Shown here: piece by piece, positions 1 through 10,457 of the stretch
How positions within the stretch are numbered: position 1 is the first letter of the stretch
How the letters are laid out: every line of letters starts with the position of its first letter
Origin: Bacteroidaceae bacterium
GTDB lineage: Bacteria; Bacteroidota; Bacteroidia; Bacteroidales; Barnesiellaceae_A
Length of the DNA stretch: 64,000 nt
Direction of reading: 5' to 3'
Assembly (NCBI GenBank): GCA_017531985.1
Contig: JAFXJY010000017.1
Span: 29,690-93,689 of the forward strand
Program-made: the position numbers and the translations under genes
Notes under the pieces: model-generated
The model's input: the letters and a program-made list of their open reading frames with translations, nothing else
The model's database searches: none
Told to the model about the DNA's origin: nothing

Positions 1-133
1 TGGCTCGGTACATCAATCACATTACCAACACTCGCGAGTGTTTCTGGGGCGATAGAGAGTAGGCTAAATCCTAATATTTTAAAAATATGTTTTAAAACAT
101 ATTAATAGGTTGCATATTTATATTGGTGTAAAT

Positions 134-141
134 TATCTTTG
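134..141 (+). promoter_or_regulatory. Bacteroidetes -7 promoter box (TATCTTTG) upstream of first DUF2807 gene
   Basis: Exact TAnnTTTG match about 35 nt upstream of the ATG at 177. Confidence 0.5.
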
Positions 142-176
142 TGGCGGAATAATGAATAATTAATTTACTTTTGTTT

Positions 177-776
177 ATGAGAATAAGGTTTTTATTTACA
201 TCAGTTATGTTTTTATCCGTTTTACTTATCTGTTCGTGTGGTAAGAAACCGGTAGTAAGTAGTAATAATTATGTAACCAAGCAGATAACCGAAAGTGTTC
301 CCTGCTTCAACAGCATTTCGGTCGATGATGATATCGATGTGGCTTTTGTCACAGGCGAGTGTGCCGTATCGGTGTATAGTGCCGATAATGTCGTGGATTA
401 CATAGCCGTCAAGGTTGAGAATGAAACTTTGCGAGTGGGATATGCGCCCGATGTTGTTGTTGTAGGCGATGATAACACAACCGTGTATGTGTCTGCACCT
501 CAATTGTGTGCTGTTACACACAACGGCAGTGGCGATGTAACGCTTACGGGCGCGACGTCCAATGCTGTATATACAGTTAATGGCAGTGGTGACCTCGATG
601 CCGATGAAATGGTAGCCGACACGCTTACCGTTACAGTAAACGGTAGTGGCGATGTCGATTGTTACGCTCGCAACCTGCTTATAGCCAATCGCGCAGGACG
701 TGGCGAGATAAATTATGAAGGCGCACCTACGTTGCAAGTACAGGCCAATGGTCGTGGTATAGAGCGCGATAATTAA
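177..776 (+). CDS. DUF2807 / head GIN domain protein (putative lipoprotein)
   Basis: ORF 171..776; the first ATG is at 177. Signal peptide with lipobox-like LLICSCG. Repeated NGSGD/GSGDV motifs typical of the DUF2807 beta-helix. Confidence 0.7.
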   Translation: MRIRFLFTSVMFLSVLLICSCGKKPVVSSNNYVTKQITESVPCFNSISVDDDIDVAFVTGECAVSVYSADNVVDYIAVKVENETLRVGYAPDVVVVGDDNTTVYVSAPQLCAVTHNGSGDVTLTGATSNAVYTVNGSGDLDADEMVADTLTVTVNGSGDVDCYARNLLIANRAGRGEINYEGAPTLQVQANGRGIERDN

Positions 777-808
777 TATTAAATTATAAACACCCTAAAG
801 CAACAATT

Positions 809-1459
809 ATGAAAGTAATGAAATTTTTACCGTTGCTTCTCTTGGCAATGGTATGTATAGCCCCCAAGACGTATGCCGATGACGACCGTGCCGGCTATGT
901 AACCGTCGATGTAGAGGGATTGAATAGTTTTGAAAATATTATCTCAAACGCACCATTCGATGTAGAGTTTACACAAAGCAATGTGCAGAGTGTTAAAGTG
1001 ATTGCTGCTCCCAATGAAGCAGAGAATGTGAAACTGTCTGTAATTGGCAAGACTCTCTTTGTGGCAGTTAAGGAGAATACCACCGTATCGAATAATGCCA
1101 AGGTTGTGATTACAGCCCCCGACTTGCTATGTGCCATTACCGGTGCATCGGGCGATATCGATATCAAAAATCTGTGTACTACCAAGTTTACTGCCACAGT
1201 TTCATCGACAGGCGACATTGAGTTGACAGGCAGTTGCGATGATGCCGAATATACCGTAAGTGGTGGTGGTGATATCGATGCCGATGACTTTGTAGTGAAA
1301 GATATATTGCACGCCTCGGTAACAGGCTCAGGTCATATCGATTGTCGCGTGTTGGATACACTCCACGCCTCGGTTACCGGCAGTGGTAGCCTCGAGTATC
1401 ACGGTCATCCACGCACTATCAACCGTTCGGGTCGCAAAGCCGGCATCCGTCACGATTGA
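809..1459 (+). CDS. DUF2807 / head GIN domain protein (tandem paralog)
   Basis: Signal peptide MKFLPLLLLAMVCIA. Repeated GASGDI/STGDI/GGGDID/GSGHID motifs. Adjacent paralog of 177..776. Confidence 0.7.
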   Translation: MKVMKFLPLLLLAMVCIAPKTYADDDRAGYVTVDVEGLNSFENIISNAPFDVEFTQSNVQSVKVIAAPNEAENVKLSVIGKTLFVAVKENTTVSNNAKVVITAPDLLCAITGASGDIDIKNLCTTKFTATVSSTGDIELTGSCDDAEYTVSGGGDIDADDFVVKDILHASVTGSGHIDCRVLDTLHASVTGSGSLEYHGHPRTINRSGRKAGIRHD

Positions 1460-1513
1460 TACCCGGGTGTAGAGGTGTCGCGAGCATCGCACCCTCTACA
1501 AATAGTGAAAAAT

Positions 1514-1554
1514 ACAACAATGCGAGCCACGTTCTTCGTGGCTCGCATTGTTGT
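1514..1554. terminator. Strong hairpin between convergent genes (bidirectional terminator candidate)
   Basis: Perfect 18-bp stem acaacaatgcgagccacg / cgtggctcgcattgttgt with a 5-nt loop. A second REP-like hairpin lies at 1468..1500 (tgtagagg...cctctaca). Confidence 0.6.
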
Positions 1555-1706
1555 TAAAGAACGCAACGGGGATATAGACACAAGAACAAAAAGACAAAGG
1601 GTGTTGAGGGTGGAGAGTCGAAAAATCATCTGCAAAGACGGGAAGCCACATCACACACCTCGCCATAAGTAACCGTATCACCCGATTTTGTGATTCTTTA
1701 ACAATT

Positions 1707-4022
1707 TTAGAAGGGATATCCTATAGCGAGGTGAGGACGGAGGTTTTCCCAGAAAGAGCCTTTTATGTTGTAATAGTCGGTTATGCCGGTGTTGTAGGGT
1801 GCGTGGATAGGAATACCTACGTCGATGCGAACAATCAGGTAGTTGGCGATGTCGTATCGCAAGCCTATACCTGTGCCTAATGCTATTTCACGACCGAATG
1901 AGTTGAGTGTGAGTTGTCCTCCCGGGCGCAACTTGTCCTCCTTGAGTAACCACACGTTGCCGGCATCGACAAAGGCTGCTCCTTGCAGTCCTCCCCATAT
2001 AGGGAATCGCAATTCGATGTTGGCCTCGAACTTGAAACTACCGGTTTGGTCGAAGTAGCCGTTTTCGTTGGCCTCATCGGGATGATAGCTACCCGGGCCT
2101 ATTGAACGAATGGTGAAAGCACGAATGCTGTTGGCACCACCTATGTAGAATTGTTCGCTATAGGGTAACTCGGTAGCATTGCCGTAGGCATAGCCTGCAC
2201 CGAGGAACAAGCGCGATGCGATGCATACGTCGTGTGGGAAGTAGTGGTAATATTTTACCTCATTGGTGAGTTTGACAAACTGTGAGAAGGGGTTGCCAAA
2301 TATCTCTTTTTCGCCTTTTACGCCACACAGCGAGTAGATGCCGTAGAATATATTACCGGCTTCGGTGGCTCCTATCTGCCATACCCAACGGTTGTTGCGT
2401 TCCTTTTCGTAACCGTTGTCGTAGGTGAATGTGTAGCCTATCATTGGTATGAATTGGTCGCGAAAACTCAATGCGATGGCAGGATTATCGGCAAGTGTTT
2501 GGTTAAATTCTTCGGTGCTGTCGAGCATCTTGGTATATACCAATTTGAAGGGTGTGATGTTGTGCATTGCCGTCGATGAGGTGTGGAACTCGTAGGCGTA
2601 TGATGTGTTGAACGACACCATACGGAAGTAGTGGGGGCGATTGATAATATTGGCTCCCAATTGTATGTTGGTACTCGACTTCATTCGGCGAAGATGTCGT
2701 TTGGGGCGCAGTCCGAGCATTCGGGGGAACTTGAGCGTTCCCGTTGCACCGAACTCGTATGAGTTGAATAGCGAACTGCTCTCCTTGCCTGTTTGCCACT
2801 CATAACTGCCGTTGAGGTTGACCGATAGTTGTTCACCTCCTCCAAATAGGTTGTTGTGCGATATACCCACTATAAGACCCGGGCCTATGTAACTGTTTGA
2901 CTTGGATGCCACGTTGGCCTCTACCATAAAGCCTATAGGTAGTGTGTATCGGAGGTCTAAATTGACATCTATCGAGTCGCTGTTTTGTATCGAATCGAAT
3001 GGGGTGACATCCATTACTACCGAACGATATATACCCAATGATGATAGGTTGCGCAGGGTGTTGTTTTGTTCGGACATCGAGAATGTCTTGCCTTGACGCA
3101 GTGTGATGGCATCGGGTAGCAATCCTCGACGCAATTTCAGCCCTTTGTATCCATTTACATCCATAAACCTGTATGATAGTGTGTCGCGTGCAGCCTCTCC
3201 CTCGGGTGGGTATAGGTTGACGGTTATCTTGCCTGTCTTGTATGCACGCAAGGCATTGTCGGGGGTCGATGGGGAGATAAGCATTCGCAAGTCAACCTTA
3301 CCGTTGCGCATAGTGGTATCGGCCTGGTATATTAGATACTCGCTACGAAAGTAGTAGTAGCCACTGTCGCGCAGTATGGTTGTTATGCGTTCGCGTTCGA
3401 GTGCCAGCGTATCGGCATTGTAGCGTTGTCCCTTGTATAACAGCGACTTGTCGCTGTTGCGCCTTATCATATCGGCAAGAGGAGTAGTGTCGTTGGGGAA
3501 GGCAATGCTATCGAGTGTGTAGGGGCTGCCGGCTACAACGTGGTAACTGACGGTGGCTTTTTTGGGGTTTTTCTTGTCGTAGTTGATGGTGTAGGTTGCC
3601 GTAGAGTTGAAGTAGCCATTGTTGAATAAGATGTCCTCGGCAATGCCCGAACGGAGGTCGGGGCGAACAGTCTGTATCAATACCGGCTCTTTGGCAAAGA
3701 TGTTGAAAAGCCAACCCTTGAAACTCTTGGGGTTGGTCGTGTAGAGGTAGTTCCACGCCCACAATTCGGTGGGGATAAACTTCAACGAGTTGGAAGAGAA
3801 GAGGGCGTTGTTGGGAGGAACAGACAGCGATTTTTTCACTTTACCCTTTACCTCCGAGTTGAGTTTCTTTCCGTCGTAACTCTCTATCTTCATCTCCTTT
3901 ACACCGGTGTATAGTGTTTCGTTTTCGGTGAGGCGCTTTGTCGTAGAGCAAGCCGTAAAGAGGGCTAACCATAATGTTATGGCAAGCATACGCAGTGTGT
4001 ATGTAATAATAGACTTCCTCAT
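1707..4022 (-). CDS. tamA: Omp85-family outer membrane protein, TamA-like partner of TamB
   Basis: 771 aa with a lipoprotein-type signal (LFTACS). Omp85/surface antigen D15-like C-terminal barrel ending in GYPF. The start overlaps the TamB stop (ATGA), which suggests translational coupling. Confidence 0.75.
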   Translation of the reverse strand: MRKSIITYTLRMLAITLWLALFTACSTTKRLTENETLYTGVKEMKIESYDGKKLNSEVKGKVKKSLSVPPNNALFSSNSLKFIPTELWAWNYLYTTNPKSFKGWLFNIFAKEPVLIQTVRPDLRSGIAEDILFNNGYFNSTATYTINYDKKNPKKATVSYHVVAGSPYTLDSIAFPNDTTPLADMIRRNSDKSLLYKGQRYNADTLALERERITTILRDSGYYYFRSEYLIYQADTTMRNGKVDLRMLISPSTPDNALRAYKTGKITVNLYPPEGEAARDTLSYRFMDVNGYKGLKLRRGLLPDAITLRQGKTFSMSEQNNTLRNLSSLGIYRSVVMDVTPFDSIQNSDSIDVNLDLRYTLPIGFMVEANVASKSNSYIGPGLIVGISHNNLFGGGEQLSVNLNGSYEWQTGKESSSLFNSYEFGATGTLKFPRMLGLRPKRHLRRMKSSTNIQLGANIINRPHYFRMVSFNTSYAYEFHTSSTAMHNITPFKLVYTKMLDSTEEFNQTLADNPAIALSFRDQFIPMIGYTFTYDNGYEKERNNRWVWQIGATEAGNIFYGIYSLCGVKGEKEIFGNPFSQFVKLTNEVKYYHYFPHDVCIASRLFLGAGYAYGNATELPYSEQFYIGGANSIRAFTIRSIGPGSYHPDEANENGYFDQTGSFKFEANIELRFPIWGGLQGAAFVDAGNVWLLKEDKLRPGGQLTLNSFGREIALGTGIGLRYDIANYLIVRIDVGIPIHAPYNTGITDYYNIKGSFWENLRPHLAIGYPF

Positions 4023-7000
4023 AGAGTGTCGTTATCGGTAGGGGTTTGCGATTGAACAACGTCGGGTACACTGTCGGTTGTCGTTTCGGGTACTCGGGCG
4101 TTGGTGGTTGTATCGTTTGTGGTTGTTGTTCGCGCTTTTTTACGGAATAGGTCAAGCAGCGAATTTACTTGCTTACGGAACAAGAAACCTACGCCGGTTT
4201 GTGTTATTTCGCCCTCTATAATGCTTTCGTATCCCGTTTGTCGGAATGCCTTCAGGTACATATTGTCGCGTTTTGTAAGGCGATATTCAAGCGAAATGTC
4301 GTCGATAAGATTCTCGCGTAGATTGTCGGTGATGTCTTGGTTGGATGCGTAACTGCCACCGATGACAAACTTCAGACGGTTGTCGAACAGGCTCTTTGAG
4401 AATTGATAAGAGTAGTCGGTACGTTGCAATCCGGCTTCATCGAGCCCATAATTGTCGATGCCAAAGGTGAGATCGACACCTCGCAGGGTGCGCTGCGCCC
4501 AAGTATTCAGTTCGTATTCAAGGAAAACGTTGAGGGGGTTGTTTATGAACGTGTTTTCGGCGGCGGCAGCGAGGTTGTCGTATGAGTTGTATATAATCAT
4601 ATTCATCGCCTTCGTCTCGCGCTGTTCCTCGGTGAGTCCTTGTAACTCGTTTTGTATGGCAATGTCGTCGGTTGTGGCGAGGTCGAATGATATGTCGAGA
4701 TTCTTGAGCGTATTGGATATGATAATAGATACCTCGAAATCTACCAATCTCGAATCATCGCCGTTCTTAACTGTCGAACGTTGCGATTGTACGGCAGTGA
4801 TGTTGAATGAAGGGTCGGCAATATTACCATTCCATAGTACATAACTGCCATCTTCGATGTTAAATATCTTTTGTGATATAAAGGGTGGGGTGTAGCGCAC
4901 AAAACCACCTGTGAGAACATATCGGCCTGTAACGTGGTTGTCGCCCAATGCCGATGCTGTGTATTGCAGGTTGCCTCCGCCTATCAGGTCGATACGATTG
5001 TTACCGTCGGCCGATAGGTTGATGCCCAATTGTACGCCTTGGTCTATATCTATATCGATATTGGCTGTCATATTGGCTTTGTGTTTTACCTTTTCCTCTT
5101 TCACATTGCTTGATAGGGTGTCGGAGAAGGAAACAAAACTCACCATATCGGAGTAATCGGGGCCCGAGTTGATGCCACTGCTCTGCATAATGTAGGTGGC
5201 ATTCGTACCCGACAACAGTGATATATCGCCGGCTATTTTCAGCGCATTGAGTGAGCCTCTTACTTGAGCATCTACATCTGTATATACCGACCCGTATAGC
5301 GTTGCCATACGGTTTTCGGCGGCTTGTATGGGTTGGAAGTTCTTGCCTTTCAGGTCGAGGCTTGTTCTTATATCCGACATATCCGATATATCTATCCAAC
5401 CATTGATGTTGAGTGGTTCTTTATTGACTCCTCTGATGCCGTAGTTTCTCATAGCAATGCGACTCTCTTTGACTGTTATGTCGTTGTTGTCGAGCGTTAG
5501 CGATACGCCATAATCGCTCATAAGTGTGCGAGTGTCGTTGAAGCGAATAAAGCCATTGATATTGGGATTGTCCAATGTACCCGAGAGAGTCAAGCGACTG
5601 TCTAATGAGCCCGATACCTCGCCTATATTGGTAGGGATGAAGGCGTTGGCTATCGAAAGGGGGAATTTCTCAATATTGATATTTCCTCCTATGCGTGAGG
5701 GAGAACTGTTGTCGAGGTGTAACGTTGTTGAGAGTATATTCTTGCCATCGCATAGGAGTGTGGCATCGATATTGTTGCCTCCGTTTTTGTCTAACCGATA
5801 ATCGATGTCGGCATTGAAGTTGCCTACTTTGACAGAGTTATATACGAAGTTGTTTAAGTTCAATTTGCCATTGGCCTCTATCTCTTTCTCGGGCATATCT
5901 ACATATAAGTCGGCCGAGAGCAGTCCCGACATAGGTGTAATAAAAGGTGTGACGGTAAACCAGTCGGCAAGTTCTATATCTTGTATATCAATGTGCGCAC
6001 CGTCGATATCTTTGTTGCGACGGTCCTCGGTAGTGGCGAAAATGTGACTGTTGCCGTATGATAATCGAACGTCGGCCGACAGGTCGTGACGGTCGTACCG
6101 GTAGGTCATATAATTGTCTTTATTGAGTTGCCACTTCTTGTAGCCGATGATGGGGTCGGAGGGGCCGAATGTGAGTTGTACAAGTTCGGGAAGAAAATCA
6201 ATCTTACATCCTAACAAGAAGCCTGTTTCGTCGTTTCTGTTGCTTTGTAGGCAGTAGAGTTGGGTGCTGTTGCCCGACAAGAAACCCTCGACGTGAACGT
6301 GTGAGAATTTGTCCAAATTGCCCGGCCTGTTATTGAGTGCCAAGTGGTAGTTGAGTTGATTCTCTTTCTCGTATGCCTTGAGCGTGATGGTGTCGAGTTG
6401 TATATTCGATATTTCGAGTCGTTGTATGAGAGCCGAAAGGTTAAACAGTGAGTCGTTTGATGCAGCAAAAGATGCCGATGCGAGGCCTATGCCTTGGCTT
6501 TTGAGGTAACGATGCACGATATTGTTGTTGCCTATGTGTGCCGCGAACGTAAAGGGTGGCAACCCTCGGTGCAACTCATCCATATTAAGACGCTGTTTCT
6601 GAAATATGGTATCGACAAATTGGGTGAGCCGTTCGAGGCTTGGGCGCAGATGTGTCAAGCCGGCATCCGATGAGAGGTTGAGGCTCATATCGCCGGTGTT
6701 AAAGTCGATGTAACTGTATGTTATGTCGCTTGCAGCGAGCAGGTTTATCGAGTTGGTAAAATAGACGTAATCGCCTATGCCCAACTCTATGCTATCGACC
6801 TCGATGTATGCTTGCACAATGCTGTCGATATTTGAGAGTACCACCTCGGCTGTGATATTGGTTGCAATGTCCAAAGGCTGCTTAACGAGGTTTAAGGCCT
6901 CCAAGTCGAGCATCTCTATTTGTGCTTTCATATCGACGGTAAGCAGGTCTTTCTTGTATAACCCCGAGGCATTGAGTTGTAGTTCGGCCTCTTGTTGTCG

Positions 7001-8830
7001 GCTGTTGGCTGTGAGTTTCCACTTCTCCTCTTTGGCTACAGCATCAATCTCTACGCCTCGATATTCATATCCCTTGTAAGAGAGGGTGTCGATAGTGAGT
7101 TGTGCATCGATCCACATCGAGGGGTTGTCGAGCGAAAAGTGCTCGCCTGCGAGCGTGGCGTGTGCCGACAGATTGCCTATGGTATCGTAGGGCAAGAACA
7201 TATCGAGGGGAATTTGCGAAATGGTCGCTTGTGCATTGTAACTCTCCTGTGCCATATTGTAAGAGGCATCGACATCAATGATACCGTTCATACAGTTGAG
7301 CCACGCCTTGGCTTCTATGTCTTGTGCTACCAAATGAATATCGGCATCAGCCGTAATAGGTTGCATAACGATGCGTGCAGCGAGCGTAGAGTCGGGGATG
7401 TAATTGCTCAATGTGAGTTGTTCGGTCGTGTTGAGCCTACCCGACAAGGTGATGTCGCGCTTATGCTCTTGCAATGCGTTAATTAAGTGGGCTCGGCTGT
7501 CGAGTGTGAAAATGCCCGGTTGCAATAGATTGAGTTTTTCAACAACAATATCTTTGCCTATACCCGAGGCCTCGATGTCGAGTGTGAAAACATCGCTTAC
7601 CGACGCCCATTGATTATCGTTATAAGTGTGCAGGAAATAGTGTTGCGCTGTGGGGAATAGCGATACAACATCGCGACTTGCAATGTGTGCATTGGCAAGT
7701 AATTCGATTGTGGCATCGGGGTCTTTGTCGAGGAGTTGCAAGTCTATTCGGGCATCGGCACTCACATCACTGAAGGGGGTCTTGAGGCTGAAGTCCGATA
7801 GTGTTATTACATTGCTGTCGTTCATTGCAAAGTTGCCTTGGGTGTGAGTGATGTACAAGCCCGAGCGTTCGTGTAGCGACAGGTCGGCAATGTGCAGTTG
7901 CAGGTTGCTGCCTCGGTTGTATATATCGTCAATGTCGATATGGATGTTGTCGGCAGTTATGTGAGAAAAGTCAATACCCTGCTGTGGGGGAAGGTTGCTT
8001 GTAATGTATGCAGCCTTGTTGTCCGACAACTTTACTTTGGCCACTCGTACCAGCCAAGGCTCGGTGGCAGTTGTGTCGGTGGCAGTAGTGCCCGGCTCGG
8101 TGATGGGCTTGTTGCCGAGTGCTACATACCTATAGTCGCCCTTGGTGATATGGATGGTTGCTACATCTACCGATTGTTGCGATAGAGATACTTTTCCGTC
8201 GAGTATATGGGCTTGAGGTATTGTTGCTCGCAGTGTATCTACCGTTCCCGGCATATACATTGTGTAGTCGATATCGGTGAGGCTTATATTTGCTATATTG
8301 ATGTCCCACTCGGCTCGCTTGCCGTCGGTGGTTGTGGTATCGACTTTGTTGCTATACCACAATGCTATTTGTGACTTGTCGAGCGAAATGTCGTCGATGC
8401 TTACCTCCTTCTTCTTTAAGGCTATATTACCACGTTCTACGCCCAAGTTGCCGGCATTGACTTGTAAGTGCAGGGTGGAGTCGGGGGTGATGTAGTTGAT
8501 ATAAGCGTCGTGCAATGAGATATTGCGAATGACTACGCGTCCCCTCAATAATGGAACTAAAGCAACGTTGGCTTGCAGTTGTTGTGTATCGGTAATGGTA
8601 TCGCCATCGGTAGTTGTCGCAACAACATCCTGCAGGACTATTCTCAGGGGAAATTGCAATGAAAATCGCTCTAACGATAGGCGTATAGGCGTATTGTCGG
8701 CCACCCACGATAGGGCATATCGGCTTGCTGCTTGTTGCACCGGTGGTATATATACAACCAATGGTGACAGCAGTATCAGCATTACAAGAACGACAATACT
8801 CAACAGTATGTTCCTTTGTCGGCGTTTCAT
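4019..8830 (-). CDS. tamB: Translocation and assembly module protein TamB (AsmA-like, DUF490-type C-terminus)
   Basis: 1603 aa with a single N-terminal TM anchor (LLSIVVLVMLILLSPLVVYI) and a long beta-rich body. Lies immediately upstream of, and overlaps, the Omp85 gene. Confidence 0.8.
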   Translation of the reverse strand: MKRRQRNILLSIVVLVMLILLSPLVVYIPPVQQAASRYALSWVADNTPIRLSLERFSLQFPLRIVLQDVVATTTDGDTITDTQQLQANVALVPLLRGRVVIRNISLHDAYINYITPDSTLHLQVNAGNLGVERGNIALKKKEVSIDDISLDKSQIALWYSNKVDTTTTDGKRAEWDINIANISLTDIDYTMYMPGTVDTLRATIPQAHILDGKVSLSQQSVDVATIHITKGDYRYVALGNKPITEPGTTATDTTATEPWLVRVAKVKLSDNKAAYITSNLPPQQGIDFSHITADNIHIDIDDIYNRGSNLQLHIADLSLHERSGLYITHTQGNFAMNDSNVITLSDFSLKTPFSDVSADARIDLQLLDKDPDATIELLANAHIASRDVVSLFPTAQHYFLHTYNDNQWASVSDVFTLDIEASGIGKDIVVEKLNLLQPGIFTLDSRAHLINALQEHKRDITLSGRLNTTEQLTLSNYIPDSTLAARIVMQPITADADIHLVAQDIEAKAWLNCMNGIIDVDASYNMAQESYNAQATISQIPLDMFLPYDTIGNLSAHATLAGEHFSLDNPSMWIDAQLTIDTLSYKGYEYRGVEIDAVAKEEKWKLTANSRQQEAELQLNASGLYKKDLLTVDMKAQIEMLDLEALNLVKQPLDIATNITAEVVLSNIDSIVQAYIEVDSIELGIGDYVYFTNSINLLAASDITYSYIDFNTGDMSLNLSSDAGLTHLRPSLERLTQFVDTIFQKQRLNMDELHRGLPPFTFAAHIGNNNIVHRYLKSQGIGLASASFAASNDSLFNLSALIQRLEISNIQLDTITLKAYEKENQLNYHLALNNRPGNLDKFSHVHVEGFLSGNSTQLYCLQSNRNDETGFLLGCKIDFLPELVQLTFGPSDPIIGYKKWQLNKDNYMTYRYDRHDLSADVRLSYGNSHIFATTEDRRNKDIDGAHIDIQDIELADWFTVTPFITPMSGLLSADLYVDMPEKEIEANGKLNLNNFVYNSVKVGNFNADIDYRLDKNGGNNIDATLLCDGKNILSTTLHLDNSSPSRIGGNINIEKFPLSIANAFIPTNIGEVSGSLDSRLTLSGTLDNPNINGFIRFNDTRTLMSDYGVSLTLDNNDITVKESRIAMRNYGIRGVNKEPLNINGWIDISDMSDIRTSLDLKGKNFQPIQAAENRMATLYGSVYTDVDAQVRGSLNALKIAGDISLLSGTNATYIMQSSGINSGPDYSDMVSFVSFSDTLSSNVKEEKVKHKANMTANIDIDIDQGVQLGINLSADGNNRIDLIGGGNLQYTASALGDNHVTGRYVLTGGFVRYTPPFISQKIFNIEDGSYVLWNGNIADPSFNITAVQSQRSTVKNGDDSRLVDFEVSIIISNTLKNLDISFDLATTDDIAIQNELQGLTEEQRETKAMNMIIYNSYDNLAAAAENTFINNPLNVFLEYELNTWAQRTLRGVDLTFGIDNYGLDEAGLQRTDYSYQFSKSLFDNRLKFVIGGSYASNQDITDNLRENLIDDISLEYRLTKRDNMYLKAFRQTGYESIIEGEITQTGVGFLFRKQVNSLLDLFRKKARTTTTNDTTTNARVPETTTDSVPDVVQSQTPTDNDTL

Positions 8831-8944
8831 TTGCTACACAGTGAGTTTAACAACTTTAACCACCCCGAAGGGTCTGTTTCAAAAACATATTCGGCTATGT
8901 TTTGTTTGTTATGATGTCAAACCTTTTAATTAGACGGTAAAAAT

Positions 8945-9409
8945 ATGAAAAAAATGTGGATTATGACACTTTTATCGGCAATGTTTCTTTGTATTTCGGG
9001 TTACAGTTATGCCGATCATCACGAAAAGGAGGTAAGTATGCAGGATTTACCTCAAAGTGTACAACAATTTATCAACTCGCATTTTACAGGAGTGTCGGTG
9101 AGCAAGGCTTGTGTAAAGGAGAAGGGTGTGCATAAAGTGATGCTTACCCAAGGCTACGAAGTGGAGTTTGACCGAAATGGTAATTGGAAGGAAATAGAGA
9201 ATGATTTGCACGCGGCATTACCGGCATCGGTAGTAGGATTGTTACCTCAAACGGCTGTCGATTATATGAATAAAAATTATCCTAACGTTGCTGTATATAG
9301 TATTGAACGTGAGCATAATGGATATGAGGTAAAATTGCACGCCGACCGTATGGTGGAATTGCACTTCGATAAAAACGGCAACTTCCTCCGTAAGAAAATG
9401 GAAGATTAA
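8945..9409 (+). CDS. PepSY-like (beta-lactamase-inhibitor-like) periplasmic protein
   Basis: 154 aa with a signal peptide. Duplicated LP..V..FI/Y...YP......IE......YEV.L motif pattern of the PepSY-like family. A paralog lies at 17653..18108. Confidence 0.6.
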   Translation: MKKMWIMTLLSAMFLCISGYSYADHHEKEVSMQDLPQSVQQFINSHFTGVSVSKACVKEKGVHKVMLTQGYEVEFDRNGNWKEIENDLHAALPASVVGLLPQTAVDYMNKNYPNVAVYSIEREHNGYEVKLHADRMVELHFDKNGNFLRKKMED

Positions 9410-9440
9410 TTCAAATAACTTATAGTTTCACAAAGAACGC

Positions 9441-9480
9441 GCAGAGCCTGCTCAATTTACTTGGCAGGCTCTGCTTCTTT
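9441..9480. terminator. Hairpin terminator between convergent genes
   Basis: 11-bp stem gcagagcctgc / gcaggctctgc followed by a T-rich tract. Confidence 0.65.
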
Positions 9481-9493
9481 ATGGTATTGTATA

Positions 9494-10258
9494 TTACAAA
9501 TTGAAAGGTATATTGATAGGCTCGGTGCGAGGCGCGAAGATGAGTCGGCTGCGGCACAAGGCCTTTTCGCCGTGGCGCAACTCAAGAACGTGGTCGTTCT
9601 CCTCTTTTATCTCTCGGAATACATCGATATCAATGCCGGGACGGGCTTCGTTGGCGTATGCAATCTCGAAACGAGTCACTCGGTTGTTGTCGTACCATTC
9701 AAAGGGATATTGGTTGAGCAGATACTCGACATAACGCGCGCTGTTGACGTGGCGATTGAGGTCGATGTCGCTGTAGCGAACGGTGAAAGAATCGATTTTT
9801 TCGCCCTCCTCGATGCGCATACGCGAGGGGGGCTCGATGGGGCAGGGACGGTCGAGAATGAGGTGGCGCAGTTCGTTTAACTCTTCCATATTGGCATTAC
9901 GGCGAGCGTTGAGGTCGAGTACCAACCAGATGGTGCGTGCATAGCCACATACCTCGCCACGACTGTCGAGTATGGCCATATTTCGGGTAGAGAAACGTGT
10001 ATTATAGTCCTCAATCCACGTTTCCAATGTATAGTTCTCGGTAATCGCTGGGAAACGCTTCATCTCGATAGACAATCGTGATAGTACCCAAGCCGTGCGA
10101 CTTGCTATCATTTTTTCATATCCTACACCCCACAAGTCGGCGTGCATCGATGCTACCTTGATAATGCGACCTACCAAGAAAGGAAGAAACATCTCTTGCT
10201 GTCCGTTGCACTCACCGGGTGTGAGGGTAAATGTTTTTGTGAATAGTTTTTGTTTCAT
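9494..10258 (-). CDS. Acyl-[acyl-carrier-protein] thioesterase
   Basis: 254 aa. Double hotdog-type organisation and N-terminal pattern (TLTPGECN.QQE...) typical of Bacteroidales acyl-ACP thioesterases. Confidence 0.7.
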   Translation of the reverse strand: MKQKLFTKTFTLTPGECNGQQEMFLPFLVGRIIKVASMHADLWGVGYEKMIASRTAWVLSRLSIEMKRFPAITENYTLETWIEDYNTRFSTRNMAILDSRGEVCGYARTIWLVLDLNARRNANMEELNELRHLILDRPCPIEPPSRMRIEEGEKIDSFTVRYSDIDLNRHVNSARYVEYLLNQYPFEWYDNNRVTRFEIAYANEARPGIDIDVFREIKEENDHVLELRHGEKALCRSRLIFAPRTEPINIPFNL

Positions 10259-10402
10259 ATTGGAGCGATTGATGAGTCGTTTAGTTTCGTTTAGCGTTGC
10301 AAAATTAATAAAAAAACGAAATAGAAAGGCATAACCACACTGCGATACAAGGCTGTTATATCTTTTTAAGGCCTCGGGCGTGTTGTACTCGTTTTTTTAC
10401 AT

Positions 10403-10410
10403 TATCTTTG
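10403..10410 (+). promoter_or_regulatory. -7 promoter box TATCTTTG for the Omp85 paralog
   Basis: Exact TAnnTTTG match 48 nt upstream of the ATG at 10458. Confidence 0.5.
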
Positions 10411-10457
10411 CCAAAAATGTCAATTTTTGTTGGCAGTACCTATATACAGCCTGTTTT

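Noticed and set aside
1-170. Possible 3' end of an upstream gene and an AT-rich perfect palindrome (aatatgtttt/aaaacatatt at ~83..102)
   Set aside because: Three frames are open at the window edge and none has recognisable motifs. The palindrome is AT-only and too weak to call as a terminator.
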